Virus record (IMG/VR): IMGVR_UViG_3300023174_003623
Coordinates: 1-64,000 of that record
Length of the DNA: 64,000 nucleotides
Direction: 5' to 3' (one strand)
Origin: a virus
The position numbers were made by a program, and so were the translations under genes. Under the pieces are notes generated by a model. It saw only the letters and a list, made by a program, of their open reading frames with translations. It made no database searches and was not told the origin of the DNA. Positions 37,389-47,271 of the stretch are shown piece by piece (the first letter of the stretch is position 1; each line of letters opens with the position of its first letter).

Positions 37389-37742
37389 ATGCTAGATAGT
37401 GCCTTTGAAAAACTAGCTGATAATGTCATCGTTTTCCCTAACAAAAAATGTCAAGGTCCAGCTTCATCAGTAGAAGAACTGAAAAAAAATATTATAGCAA
37501 CAAAAACAGAAGTGATAGAGTGTTTTGTTGAAGAACTTACAAAAGAGATTTTTCGTATAACTTCAGATCATGGTTATCACATAGAATATACTAAAGATAT
37601 AGCATTTATTCTTCTTTCTTTAAAAGCTATAATGTTAAGGTATGAAAACATTTATCATCCAATCCAAGATTTTATAGATCAATCTGTAAATACTGAAGAT
37701 GAGGATTCACTTAATATGGATTTAGATCCTGTAGACGAGTAA
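37389..37742 (+). CDS. Hypothetical protein
   Basis: NVIVFP and HPIQDF motifs; upstream of rnh. Confidence 0.65.
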   Translation: MLDSAFEKLADNVIVFPNKKCQGPASSVEELKKNIIATKTEVIECFVEELTKEIFRITSDHGYHIEYTKDIAFILLSLKAIMLRYENIYHPIQDFIDQSVNTEDEDSLNMDLDPVDE

Positions 37743-37752
37743 GGTATTTAAA

Positions 37753-38631
37753 ATGATTATTCTTGATTTGAATCAAGTTATGATTGCGAATATTATGTCT
37801 TTGTATGGTAAGCATATTGGAAAGACTCCAATTGAATTAGATCTTTTTAGATCTATTGTTCTGAACACTATTCGTTCTTTGAATAAAAAATTCAAAGTAG
37901 ATTATGGACAATTAGTTATTGCCTCCGATGGCAAACGCAGTTGGCGTAAAGATATATTTCCTCATTATAAAGCCAACCGAAAAAAGAATCGTGAAGAATC
38001 TGAAATTGATTGGTCTTTAATTTTTAATTGCCTTAATACCATTCGAGAAGAGCTTCGAGATAATTTTCCATATCCAGTAATACATCTTGATGGCGCAGAG
38101 GCTGATGATGTAATTGGAGTATTGGTACAAGAATACTCCAAGCGAGATGTTTCTGAAAAAGAAAATATTTTGATTCTTTCTGGTGATAAAGATTTTATTC
38201 AATTACATAGATATAATAGTGCTGTTGTAGTCAAACAATACGATCCTATAAATAAAAAGTATGTAACTTCAGACGATCCAGTAAAATTTATGAAGGAACA
38301 TATTATAAAGGGTGATGCAGGGGATGGTATTCCAAACTTTTTATCACCTGATAATAGTTTAGTCGATAATTTAAGACAGAAACCTATATTGTCAAAAAAT
38401 TTATCACAGTGGGTAATCTTTAATACCCCAGAAGAATTTTGTAATGAAGAACAATTAAGAAATTATAAACGTAATGAATGTCTTATTGATCTTAAGTTTA
38501 CACCTAAAGAAATTCGTGATAAAATAATGGCTCAATATGAAGAACAATGCTTAAAAACTAAATCATCTATTATGAATTATATGATAAAGCATCGACTTAA
38601 AGTTTTAATGGAGTCTATTAATGATTTTTAG
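37753..38631 (+). CDS. rnh: T4-type RNase H (5'-3' exonuclease)
   Basis: WR...P.YKANR, EADD.I, SGDKDF.QL, GD.GDGIPN. Confidence 0.92.
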   Translation: MIILDLNQVMIANIMSLYGKHIGKTPIELDLFRSIVLNTIRSLNKKFKVDYGQLVIASDGKRSWRKDIFPHYKANRKKNREESEIDWSLIFNCLNTIREELRDNFPYPVIHLDGAEADDVIGVLVQEYSKRDVSEKENILILSGDKDFIQLHRYNSAVVVKQYDPINKKYVTSDDPVKFMKEHIIKGDAGDGIPNFLSPDNSLVDNLRQKPILSKNLSQWVIFNTPEEFCNEEQLRNYKRNECLIDLKFTPKEIRDKIMAQYEEQCLKTKSSIMNYMIKHRLKVLMESINDF

Positions 38632-38639
38632 GATTAAAT

Positions 38640-39077
38640 ATGTATAAATCAATTTATGAGTTTTTATCAGAAATTTCTGAACTTAAGACAACAAAAGAAA
38701 AAATCGAAGCTCTTGTAAATCATCCTCATTCAGAAGCTTTTAAAGTTTTGTTTGCCTATGCTTTTGATCCAAATATTAAATGGCTGCTCCCCGAAGGTAA
38801 TCCGCCCTACAAACCAACAGATATATTGGATGTTGAGGGGCGGCTTCTCCATGAAATACGCAGACTATATTTGTTTGTAGAAGGTGGCAATCCAAACTTA
38901 TCGAAGATTCGTAGAGAAACTTTGTTCATTCAATTATTAGAATCAATTCACCCTAAAGACGCTATTCTTTTATCTTCAATTAAAGATAAAAAGATTCCAT
39001 TTAAAGGATTGACTAAGAAAATTGTGCATCAAGCATTTCCTGATATTAATATAGAGGCAAGTAAAGAAGAAGTATGA
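38640..39077 (+). CDS. Conserved T4-like hypothetical protein
   Basis: LPEG.PPY, RRE.LFIQLLE..HP..A. Confidence 0.75.
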   Translation: MYKSIYEFLSEISELKTTKEKIEALVNHPHSEAFKVLFAYAFDPNIKWLLPEGNPPYKPTDILDVEGRLLHEIRRLYLFVEGGNPNLSKIRRETLFIQLLESIHPKDAILLSSIKDKKIPFKGLTKKIVHQAFPDINIEASKEEV

Positions 39078-39244
39078 GTAAGTCGTTTAGAGAAAAAAAA
39101 TCTCGTGAAAGAGATCTTTTTGAAATTGTGCAAAATCGTAAACAACAACCTAAAAGTTTTAGACGTAAGGAAAAGGTTGTTAATAATGCTCTAAGGACTA
39201 GGGATATTGAAACTCTAGTCAGATTTACCGAGGATGATGAATAA
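39074..39244 (+). CDS. Small charged hypothetical protein (56 aa)
   Basis: MSKSFREKK...TEDDE*; overlaps both neighbours. Confidence 0.55.
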   Translation: MSKSFREKKSRERDLFEIVQNRKQQPKSFRRKEKVVNNALRTRDIETLVRFTEDDE

Positions 39245-39480
39245 TGCCAACTTATACATTTTGTAATATTGAAACAAATGAAGTGTTTGACCAGTTCTTC
39301 ACTTCATTTTCTAAAAAAGATGAATTCCTTGAGCAGAACCCCCATCTACAACAAATGCTTCATCCAGTTGCATTCGGGGATGCGATTAGGATGGGCTTTA
39401 GGAAGCCAGACGATGCCTTTAGAGATAAGCTCAAAGATATTAAACGAAAGCATAGAGGAAGCACAATTAACACTTTCTAG
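39244..39480 (+). CDS. FmdB-like small protein
   Basis: MPTYTF N-terminus, typically upstream of phoH in T4-like phages. Confidence 0.65.
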   Translation: MPTYTFCNIETNEVFDQFFTSFSKKDEFLEQNPHLQQMLHPVAFGDAIRMGFRKPDDAFRDKLKDIKRKHRGSTINTF

Positions 39481-40204
39481 GAAAGAAACTAAAAAGAAAA
39501 AACGACAACAAGTGTTTAAAGATCAAGAGAATTCTATACAAAAACAAAAGTTTTCACTTAAAGAAATTGATCCTATAACCCAAAATCAAAAAATAGCCTT
39601 TCAACAATGGAACAAAGGCCAAAACCTGTTACTCCATGGACTTGCAGGAACAGGTAAATCATTTATATCTTTGTATCTTGCTCTCAGAGAAATTTATAAT
39701 TACAACTCTGTTTATAAGCATATACTTATAGTTAGAAGTGTAGTTCCAACAAGAGACATGGGATTCCTTCCCGGTTCTATTAAAGACAAAGCAAAAGTTT
39801 ATGAACTACCATATCAAGGTATATGTTCTGATCTTTTTGGTCGTGGTGATGCATATGATATACTTAAAACTAAACATATCGTAGATTTTACCACTACTTC
39901 TTTTATTCGAGGAAATACTTTTCATGATACTATAGTGATAGTTGATGAAGTCAACAATCTTACCTTTCATGAGCTTGATTCTGTAATTACTAGATTAGGA
40001 AATAATTGTAGAATAATCCTTTGTGGTGACTATAGACAATCTGATTTAATCTATAATAATGATAGATCTGGATTAATTACGTTTATGGGAGTTCTAGATA
40101 TGATTAAATGTTTTTCTCACATTGAATTTCAAATAGAGGATATTGTGAGATCTGGCCTAGTGAAGGAATATATAATTGCTAAAACAAAACTTAATATCTC
40201 GTAG
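39413..40204 (+). CDS. phoH: PhoH-like ATPase
   Basis: GLAGTGKS, MGFLPG, FIRG.TF, DE..N, TRLG, GD..QSD, IVRSGLV; start uncertain (ATG 39413 has SD AGGA). Confidence 0.9.
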   Translation: MPLEISSKILNESIEEAQLTLSRKETKKKKRQQVFKDQENSIQKQKFSLKEIDPITQNQKIAFQQWNKGQNLLLHGLAGTGKSFISLYLALREIYNYNSVYKHILIVRSVVPTRDMGFLPGSIKDKAKVYELPYQGICSDLFGRGDAYDILKTKHIVDFTTTSFIRGNTFHDTIVIVDEVNNLTFHELDSVITRLGNNCRIILCGDYRQSDLIYNNDRSGLITFMGVLDMIKCFSHIEFQIEDIVRSGLVKEYIIAKTKLNIS

Positions 40205-40865
40205 TAAAACTTTTTTATTGAATGAGTTGGACTTCCCCGATTTGAAGTCTTTTTCTGAAAATGGTAAACGTTTTTATGAAACGCCCACTGGAGAAAAGTA
40301 CCCATCAGTCACGACCGTATTAGGTAGTCGTGATAAAAAATGGTTGTATGAATGGCGGGCTAGAGTAGGCGAAAAAGAGGCTAATGCTATTTCGACAAAG
40401 GCTTCTAATCGGGGAACACAACTTCATACAATATGCGAAAAGTACATTCGAAATGAAGACGATTTTGCAGGCAATAAGCCTTTTAATGTTATTGAGATGT
40501 TTAAGTCGATTCAAAAATATGTAGATAAAATTGAAGAAGTATATGGCAACGAAATTGCTGTTTACTCTCATGATTTGAAAACTGCTGGAAGAATTGACGT
40601 ATTTTGTAAGATGGGTGGTAAACCAGTTATTTTAGATTTTAAAACATCTAGTCGTTTAAAAGAAGAGAAGACAATTGAAAATTACTTCCTTCAAGCAACC
40701 ACATACGCTATGATGATACGAGAACTAAAAGGAATTGAAGTACCTAAATTGGTTATTCTAATCGCTGTAGAAAATGAACTTCCTCAATTGTTTATTAAAA
40801 ATACTAAAGATTATGAAGATCAAGTTAAACAAGTATTTAATGAATATCATCTAAAGAATGCTTGA
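40176..40865 (+). CDS. PD-(D/E)XK exonuclease
   Basis: YPSVTTVL, RGT..H, AGRID, DFKTS, Q...YA. Confidence 0.85.
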   Translation: MLKQNLISRSKTFLLNELDFPDLKSFSENGKRFYETPTGEKYPSVTTVLGSRDKKWLYEWRARVGEKEANAISTKASNRGTQLHTICEKYIRNEDDFAGNKPFNVIEMFKSIQKYVDKIEEVYGNEIAVYSHDLKTAGRIDVFCKMGGKPVILDFKTSSRLKEEKTIENYFLQATTYAMMIRELKGIEVPKLVILIAVENELPQLFIKNTKDYEDQVKQVFNEYHLKNA

Positions 40866-40902
40866 CGACACATAATCTATGTGTTAATATAGTGTATAAA
40901 TA
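40862..40902 (+). promoter_or_regulatory. Adjacent sigma70-like and late promoters for tRNA-Thr and downstream genes
   Basis: TTGACG-17-TAATAT, plus TATAAATA at 40895-40902. Confidence 0.6.
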
Positions 40903-40910
40903 CGAAACAT

Positions 40911-40986
40911 GCTGACGTAGCTCAGTTGGTAGAGCTACTGATTTGTAATCAGTGGGTCGGGAGTTCGATTCTCTCCGTCAGCACCA
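40911..40986 (+). tRNA. tRNA-Thr(TGT)
   Basis: GCTGACG/CGTCAGC, ACTGA-TTTGTAA-TCAGT, CCA. Confidence 0.93.
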
Positions 40987-41069
40987 TTCTATAAAACTGC
41001 ACGTTATATTATTTTTATGTGATTCTTTTAACAGGATATTTATCCTCTCCCTTAAATAAGGAGCAAGCT

Positions 41070-41603
41070 ATGTTTAAATATGCAATATTATTAAGCCTAA
41101 CCATTTTTTCAATTCCTATTGGCGCTAGTTCTTATAAACCATCTTATACAATGTTTTCTAAACCTAAAATAGAAAAACTAGGGTATAAAGCTTATAATAA
41201 AATTTTAAATGAAAAAGAGTTAAAATGTTTAACAGATAATATCTATTTTGAAGCTAGAAGTGAAAAAGATATCGGTAAAAAAGCTGTCGCACTTGTTACT
41301 CTAAATCGACTAAAACACGATAATGATAATGAATACCCTAATACTATTTGTGGTATAGTACATCAAAAAAACAAATACAAATGCCAATTTGCATGGACAT
41401 GTAATAAACGACAGCCTATTAAAGAGTATGCCCTTTATAAAAACTGTCATGATATAGCTAAAACCATAATTATGAATTATGGCGTTATACATGATGTAAC
41501 AAGAGGTGCCACTAATTACCATAGAAATGATATTAGACCTAGTTGGGCTGTTAAGAAAAAACGAACTATAATAATAGGAAAACACTTGTTCTATAGACTA
41601 TGA
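41070..41603 (+). CDS. SleB-like (Hydrolase_2) cell wall hydrolase with signal peptide
   Basis: CL..NIYFEAR.E, VA.V..NR, P.TICG.V.Q, CQF.W, GAT.YH, IG.H.FY; SD AAGGAG. Confidence 0.88.
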   Translation: MFKYAILLSLTIFSIPIGASSYKPSYTMFSKPKIEKLGYKAYNKILNEKELKCLTDNIYFEARSEKDIGKKAVALVTLNRLKHDNDNEYPNTICGIVHQKNKYKCQFAWTCNKRQPIKEYALYKNCHDIAKTIIMNYGVIHDVTRGATNYHRNDIRPSWAVKKKRTIIIGKHLFYRL

Positions 41604-41842
41604 AAAAAGTAAATATTAAATCTATAAAACCAATTCAAAATTTTATCAAGGAAATTGAGGAATTTGTTCAAGAATCAAGATTAGATTATATTGATGCTGT
41701 TCTTCTGTATTGCGAAAAAAATTATCTAGAGATAGAAACTGTAGCTGCAATGATACAACATTCTTCTATAATTAAAGCTAAGATTCAAGAAGAAGCAGAA
41801 AATTCTAATTATCTACCTAAGACAACTAAGCTACCTATATGA
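41600..41842 (+). CDS. 33: Late promoter transcription coactivator gp33
   Basis: IE..V......YIDA...YC....EIE, K.KI..EA; upstream of genes 59 and 32. Confidence 0.85.
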   Translation: MKKVNIKSIKPIQNFIKEIEEFVQESRLDYIDAVLLYCEKNYLEIETVAAMIQHSSIIKAKIQEEAENSNYLPKTTKLPI

Positions 41843-42408
41843 CTGACGCTTATCAAGCGTATAAGACTTATTTAAATCTTAAGCTCCATTTTACTAAGAA
41901 AAATTTTAATTATTTTAATGTATCTAAAAATCGTGTAAGTCAAGAAGCTTTGGAAGCAAGACGAGATAAAGGGTTCTTTTATGTTTTATCTAAAATAAAA
42001 GATTTAGAAAACTTTCTCATTGCTAATTTTGTAGTTAAAGATAAATTCATTACAGATTTAGTTGACAAAGAATCTGAAAAAGTTTATATGGAATGGCTTA
42101 AACGTCAAGAATCCATAACCTATATTTTTAAAAATGAGATAGAAAACTTAGATGATGATTTGAATAAAGAATTGAAAGTCATTGATGGTCAGCATCCAAT
42201 GTTACTTGTTCGATTTATGAGAAAAGAAATTTCAATCGAAACATTAATTATTCTGAATGAGGTGTTGACATTCTTCAAGCATTGGGAGTATAATATTCAG
42301 GAAGGAATAATTTGGAAGGACATACAACTCAAGTGTGAGAAGTATCGACCATTTCTAAAGTTCGATGTAAAGGTGTGTAAATCAATTCTAAAGGAAAGGT
42401 TTACATAG
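41839..42408 (+). CDS. 59: Helicase loader gp59
   Basis: Y..Y..LK.HF, HP.L, IS.ET, KY.PF; synteny. Confidence 0.85.
   Translation: MTDAYQAYKTYLNLKLHFTKKNFNYFNVSKNRVSQEALEARRDKGFFYVLSKIKDLENFLIANFVVKDKFITDLVDKESEKVYMEWLKRQESITYIFKNEIENLDDDLNKELKVIDGQHPMLLVRFMRKEISIETLIILNEVLTFFKHWEYNIQEGIIWKDIQLKCEKYRPFLKFDVKVCKSILKERFT
42265..42294 (+). promoter_or_regulatory. sigma70-type promoter inside gene 59, upstream of gene 32
   Basis: TTGACA-18-TATAAT. Confidence 0.55.
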
Positions 42409-42430
42409 TGTTTTAAATGTGGTATAAATA
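42400..42430 (+). promoter_or_regulatory. Overlapping early/late promoter of gene 32
   Basis: TTTACA-17-TATAAA, whose -10 extends to the late consensus TATAAATA (42423-42430). Confidence 0.65.
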
Positions 42431-42501
42431 TATTGTTCATTATGATACTTTGGACAAATTTAAATACGCTGTTAATACGTTGTTAATATCAAGGAGACTA
42501 T

Positions 42502-43410
42502 ATGTCATTTTCTTTTGCAGATTATAATAAAAGCCGTAAAGACCAATTCGATAAGTTAGCCACTCAGCTTAATAAACAGACTAACAATGCTAAAACTCAG
42601 GATGATCGTTTCTGGAAGCTAGAAGTTGATAAGGCTGGAAATGGGTATGCGGTAATTCGGTTTCTACCCCAACACCCCACAGAAATGGAACATGCGCCAT
42701 ATGTTCTTTATTTTGATCATGGTTTTCAGGGTCCGGGGGGTTGGTATATCGAGAAGTCGCTTACTTCTATCGGTAAGGCAGATCCGGTTAGCGAATACAA
42801 TCGTCAACTTTGGACTTCTGGTCTAGAGGAAAACAAGAAGATTGCTAGCGATCAGAAACGTAGAATGCACTATGTTGCAAATATCTACATCGTTAAAGAT
42901 CCTGCCAATCCTTCTAACGAAGGTAAGGTGTTCCTTTACCAGTTTGGTAAGAAGATCTTCGACAAAATCAACGATTTGATGTTTCCTCAGTTTCAGGACG
43001 AGAAGGCAGTCAATCCGTTTGACTTGGTTGATGGTTCAAACTTTAAGCTCAAGGCTCGTGGTATGGGTCGTGACCGTAACTACGACAAGTCTGAGTTTGA
43101 AGAATCTTCTCCGTTGTTTGATGAAGAGTCAAAGTATGATGCGGTCTTGAGTAAGATTCAACCTCTTCAGACCTTCCTAGATCCTACTCAGTACAAGACT
43201 TACGATGAACTAAAGACTCGTTTGAATAAGGTTTTGGGTTGGGACAAGAATGCTTTTGAAGATCGAGCTAAGGTAACTGAACGTGCTGAAGATTTAGAAG
43301 AAGATTTGACACCACCATTTGCGTTGAAGTCTGCTAAACCTTCAGCGGTAGATCTTTCAGAAGATGATGATGATGGTCTAGACTTCTTCAACAAATTGAA
43401 CGAAGACTAA
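42502..43410 (+). CDS. 32: Single-stranded DNA-binding protein gp32
   Basis: DDRFWK, GNGYAVIRFLP, HGFQGPGGWYIE, GKKIFDKI, NYDKSEF, acidic tail. Confidence 0.95.
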   Translation: MSFSFADYNKSRKDQFDKLATQLNKQTNNAKTQDDRFWKLEVDKAGNGYAVIRFLPQHPTEMEHAPYVLYFDHGFQGPGGWYIEKSLTSIGKADPVSEYNRQLWTSGLEENKKIASDQKRRMHYVANIYIVKDPANPSNEGKVFLYQFGKKIFDKINDLMFPQFQDEKAVNPFDLVDGSNFKLKARGMGRDRNYDKSEFEESSPLFDEESKYDAVLSKIQPLQTFLDPTQYKTYDELKTRLNKVLGWDKNAFEDRAKVTERAEDLEEDLTPPFALKSAKPSAVDLSEDDDDGLDFFNKLNED

Positions 43411-45191
43411 ACTGGAGCAAAATGCTCTTTCCATTGCCTTTGAATAGCATCTGGATTGAGTATTGATTTGACCTTACCAAATCGTTCGTCTTTGATTGTT
43501 GGGCTTGGTTGAGACTGGTTTACTACTATAGTGGGGCCAGTCTCAACATTTTCAGATTCTATATTTGCAGCTACAGAAGCTTCTCCAATTCGAGTACCGG
43601 AATCCGCTGGCTTTAAATCTGGAGTAGCTGGTGTTTGTGTAGATGCTATTTGTTTTTGTAAAGATTTCTCATAAAGAGATGCTAAGCCTCTATCACTTTG
43701 AGTTGTTTCAACCCCTCCAGCTAATGAAGTCCAAGTTCGATTTAATTGTCTTCCAACATCTGCAACTTTACCTTGTTCAAGATCTTTTAATACATCACCT
43801 TTATATTGTTCTTGTACTAAGTACCATGCGGCTTTGTCTTGATTTTCTGGAGAGAAATCTGTTAAATCTGAATGTTTACTTTTTAACGCTTTCCAAGTAG
43901 TTTCGGTAAATTGATATCTACCTGCTGCTGTACTAAATCCTCTTGGAGTTCGCATTCCACGAATTCCGGGATGTTTACTGAAATCTGTAAACGTAGCAGG
44001 GGCTTTATCATATCCTTTATTTTTATTTGCTGCTTTATCTTCTTCAGTTAATCCTTGCTCTGTTCCCATACCCACGATAATATCATATCTACCACCTGAT
44101 TCATTTTGAGCAATAGCATCCAATAAAGCTCTTCCTTCTGGTGGAATTTCTTTGGCTGAAGCTAAAGTATTAGAAGGTTCTGGTCGAGCATCTTTTCCAC
44201 CACCAGTCCCACCTTGACCAGCACTACCACCAGTCCCTGCTGATTTTCTGGTGTATGATTTTGGTATAGGAACTGCATCACCTGAAGGAGTCGTTATATT
44301 ATAACCAGATTTTTGTAAGACTTCTATTGAGTGTTCAATTTCTTGTTTTGAATATTTACCTTCAGTAAGCTCATGCATTAAATCGTCACTAATGAATGAT
44401 TTAAAAGCATCAACTACAACTGAAAGACCTTCTTCCATTGAGGATATAAACATATCCCATACTGCTGTTACACCTTGACCAAAAAAATCCTTCAATGGGT
44501 CAAAGACATGTTTATTTAAAAGTTCCTCTATTTTTGTTGAAGTAAATTTAAAAATAACTTTAAATGCGTCTTGCACCATTGTAGAGATGTTGGAAAACAC
44601 TTCTCTAATTTGAGGTAGGAATTTCATTATAACTGGAAGAAATACTAAAAGAACACCTAACACATTTTTTGCAATAGTAAATAGAAGGCTACTTTCTTTT
44701 TTGTCAGTATCTTCTTCAGTATCATCTTGTCTAACCTTTTTGGCGTTAGATTTGCCTTCTATAAATTTTTCGGCTTGAGCGGCTTCCTTTGCCTGTTCTT
44801 GTTTATATAACTTTTTCTCATAGTCTTTTACAGTATTGTTTAATATTTTTGTTTGTCGATATATAAGCTTTAAAATATTTGGTCTTTTTGTTTCTACTGT
44901 GGTTTCTTTGGATTCAGTAGTAACATCTGAAATTTTATCAGATAATTCTTTTGGAGCTAATTCAGGTTTGGCATCTGAGACTTCTGATCTTGCTCCACTG
45001 GAATTAAGTTCCTTAGCATCTTGTTCTGCTTTGTTTAATTCTCTTGACTTTGCTTCGTTTTCCTTTTTACTGTCGTCCTTTTCTTCGGTAACAGCAGCAT
45101 CATCCTTTTTCTCTTCAGATTTATCATCTTTAACTTTATTTTTTATAATTTTTGTAAATAAATCTGCAACTAATTTTGTTGGTGCTTTCAT
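43407..45191 (-). CDS. Tail hub/tape-measure-associated protein with lambda-R-like lysozyme domain
   Basis: AIAQNESG, STAAGRYQF..TW, DFSP.NQD.AA motifs in the C-terminal half; helical/TM-like N-terminal half. Confidence 0.7.
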   Translation of the reverse strand: MKAPTKLVADLFTKIIKNKVKDDKSEEKKDDAAVTEEKDDSKKENEAKSRELNKAEQDAKELNSSGARSEVSDAKPELAPKELSDKISDVTTESKETTVETKRPNILKLIYRQTKILNNTVKDYEKKLYKQEQAKEAAQAEKFIEGKSNAKKVRQDDTEEDTDKKESSLLFTIAKNVLGVLLVFLPVIMKFLPQIREVFSNISTMVQDAFKVIFKFTSTKIEELLNKHVFDPLKDFFGQGVTAVWDMFISSMEEGLSVVVDAFKSFISDDLMHELTEGKYSKQEIEHSIEVLQKSGYNITTPSGDAVPIPKSYTRKSAGTGGSAGQGGTGGGKDARPEPSNTLASAKEIPPEGRALLDAIAQNESGGRYDIIVGMGTEQGLTEEDKAANKNKGYDKAPATFTDFSKHPGIRGMRTPRGFSTAAGRYQFTETTWKALKSKHSDLTDFSPENQDKAAWYLVQEQYKGDVLKDLEQGKVADVGRQLNRTWTSLAGGVETTQSDRGLASLYEKSLQKQIASTQTPATPDLKPADSGTRIGEASVAANIESENVETGPTIVVNQSQPSPTIKDERFGKVKSILNPDAIQRQWKEHFAPV

Positions 45192-45193
45192 GA

Positions 45194-47038
45194 TTATGCT
45201 CTAGCGTAATTTATAAAAAGCTGCTCTGATAATGACCCAAAATAAGGTGATGGATCTGGGACATTATTAATATCCCAAGGTTGCCCCGGTTTTATTACAG
45301 GTCTAGATCCAGCACTTGGTGTCATAACTGTAGGGGCTTTTACTTTTGGTTTTGGTTTTGGTTTAGTAACTTCCATGGTTTGCTTGGTAAGTTCTGTTCC
45401 TTTTTTTTCTTTTTCAGCAGCCATTTCTGAAGGAGTTAATAAATTTGCATCTACTGTTTTAGATGTTTCTCTCTTCCATCCCGGTATTCCACTTAATTCA
45501 TTAGGCTCCATCGGTTTTTCAGCCATAGCGGATTTAATAGTTTGTTGTTCTTTATCTGATCTTCGCTTTTCCATAGCGCCACTTTTTAAAGATCTCTGTT
45601 CTTCAAAATTTCCTGTGCGAGGATTGTATCCCATAGAAGCGCCATTAGCTCCAGTATCTTGACTGCTAACAATTCTACGTTTAAGATCTAATCCTTTTTC
45701 TCCAAAAATAGATTCTGCATGTGCTGCTTTTGTGTTTTTATCTGATGTGGACTGATAATCTTCAAGTTTTTTTTCAAGAACTTTAAGTTCTCCGGGGGGC
45801 ATCTGTTGAATGTATTTTTTAAATTTATCTGAATCAATATTTTCTTTAGCTAGTAATCCACTCTTTTCAAAATTTTTAACTATATCATCTTTTCTGGATG
45901 TATCTGCAACTTCTTCTGCGCGCAATCTTTCTCCAGCCCGATCCTCACCTTCTTTCATTAGATCATTAATTTTTTTGCCAATCCACATACCAGCCGCTGC
46001 GCCAGCTAATATTGCCAGCCCAGCAGGACTTACTAAAAATTTAAGTAGTGTGGGTAGAAATGATCGTATAGGTAATGTTAAAGCTTGTAACATCATTTTA
46101 ATAATTGTGCCCTTAACTCCGGGTAATAATAATAACAATCCAGCCGCTTGAAGAATTTGAATTCCAGAAATATGCTTTAACATATCCTCTGAAAACGCAT
46201 CATTGACAATTTTAGGTAAACCTTCTTTAAAAAATTTGGGAAGATCTTCAGTCATCCATTTCAACGCACCTTGTAACATTTCACCAAGTTTTTCTGGATT
46301 CTCTTTTAAGAATCTAACTATTGCTGGTGAAAATGCAAATAAAGCTAATCCAAGTGTCGATAAAAAATTGCCTTTTGCTTTTGGAGACTTAACTTTTCCG
46401 GGTTTATTGTATTCTGGCTCTTCTTCTATCTTAGTAGCATTTGTTTCTATAACAGGTTGTTCTGATAAAGACTTCAAAACATTTTTAAAGGATTTGTTTA
46501 TTTCAACGAAATTATCATATATGCCATTAAGAACCGTCTTCTCAGCTTCATCATTTTTTGAATTTACTTTTATAGCATCTGTTGTTTCAGGTAGACTCTC
46601 ACTAAGAGATTTAAACTCTTGAAATTTTTCTTCAATTATTTTTTCTTTTTTTGATAAATTTTTAAATTTATCAGTTAAAGCCTTAATTGACTTAATTGTA
46701 CTATTAAATCTTTTTTCATTTAATTTAGATTCTTTTCTAGCATCTTTTTTAATTTCAACTATATCTTTTTTAATTTCACCGATATCTTTTTCAAGCTCGT
46801 TTACTCTATCAGGAAGCGTTTCTATATCTTCTTGTAACTTTAATTTTTTAAAAGATGCAAGGACTTCTTTGAATTTTACAAATTTTTTATCTTCAATAGA
46901 TTTAAATCTATTAGTTTTTTCATTATATTCTAGATTAAGTTGCTTAAGTTTCTTTTTACTTTTTGAAACTTCAGCAATAATTTCTTTATCTTCACTTGAT
47001 ATAGTATTGCTAACAGGTTTATCGGAGGGTTTATCCAT
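45194..47038 (-). CDS. Tape-measure / gp29-like protein
   Basis: Coiled-coil N-terminus, hydrophobic Gly/Ala-rich middle; downstream of gp26/gp51. Confidence 0.55.
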   Translation of the reverse strand: MDKPSDKPVSNTISSEDKEIIAEVSKSKKKLKQLNLEYNEKTNRFKSIEDKKFVKFKEVLASFKKLKLQEDIETLPDRVNELEKDIGEIKKDIVEIKKDARKESKLNEKRFNSTIKSIKALTDKFKNLSKKEKIIEEKFQEFKSLSESLPETTDAIKVNSKNDEAEKTVLNGIYDNFVEINKSFKNVLKSLSEQPVIETNATKIEEEPEYNKPGKVKSPKAKGNFLSTLGLALFAFSPAIVRFLKENPEKLGEMLQGALKWMTEDLPKFFKEGLPKIVNDAFSEDMLKHISGIQILQAAGLLLLLPGVKGTIIKMMLQALTLPIRSFLPTLLKFLVSPAGLAILAGAAAGMWIGKKINDLMKEGEDRAGERLRAEEVADTSRKDDIVKNFEKSGLLAKENIDSDKFKKYIQQMPPGELKVLEKKLEDYQSTSDKNTKAAHAESIFGEKGLDLKRRIVSSQDTGANGASMGYNPRTGNFEEQRSLKSGAMEKRRSDKEQQTIKSAMAEKPMEPNELSGIPGWKRETSKTVDANLLTPSEMAAEKEKKGTELTKQTMEVTKPKPKPKVKAPTVMTPSAGSRPVIKPGQPWDINNVPDPSPYFGSLSEQLFINYARA

Positions 47039-47271
47039 TACTTTTTACTCGCCCAAGTGGTGAATCCCATATATGCGCCAACAACAGAAGCCATAGCAAA
47101 ATAAAAAGTGTCAAATACACCATCAAGAGATTTAATTCTTTCATCAGAAATAAATGGTGTTAAAAGAAGTCCAGTAAAAGAGACCATAGATGCCATAGCA
47201 AGCCATGCCATCTTTCTTCTATTTTTCCATCTAGCAGAATCTATTTTTTCTGGTTGTATTTCGTCTGACAC
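47038..47271 (-). CDS. Small 2-TM membrane protein
   Basis: WKNRRKMAW..., VVGAYMGF. Confidence 0.7.
   Translation of the reverse strand: MSDEIQPEKIDSARWKNRRKMAWLAMASMVSFTGLLLTPFISDERIKSLDGVFDTFYFAMASVVGAYMGFTTWASKK

Noticed and set aside
40176-40865. Cas4/CRISPR association of the exonuclease
   Set aside because: Lacks the Cas4 four-Cys cluster and sits in the normal phoH-exonuclease synteny
40987-41069. Riboswitch upstream of the SleB-like hydrolase
   Set aside because: Short AT-rich spacer; I could not see a glutamine or other riboswitch consensus
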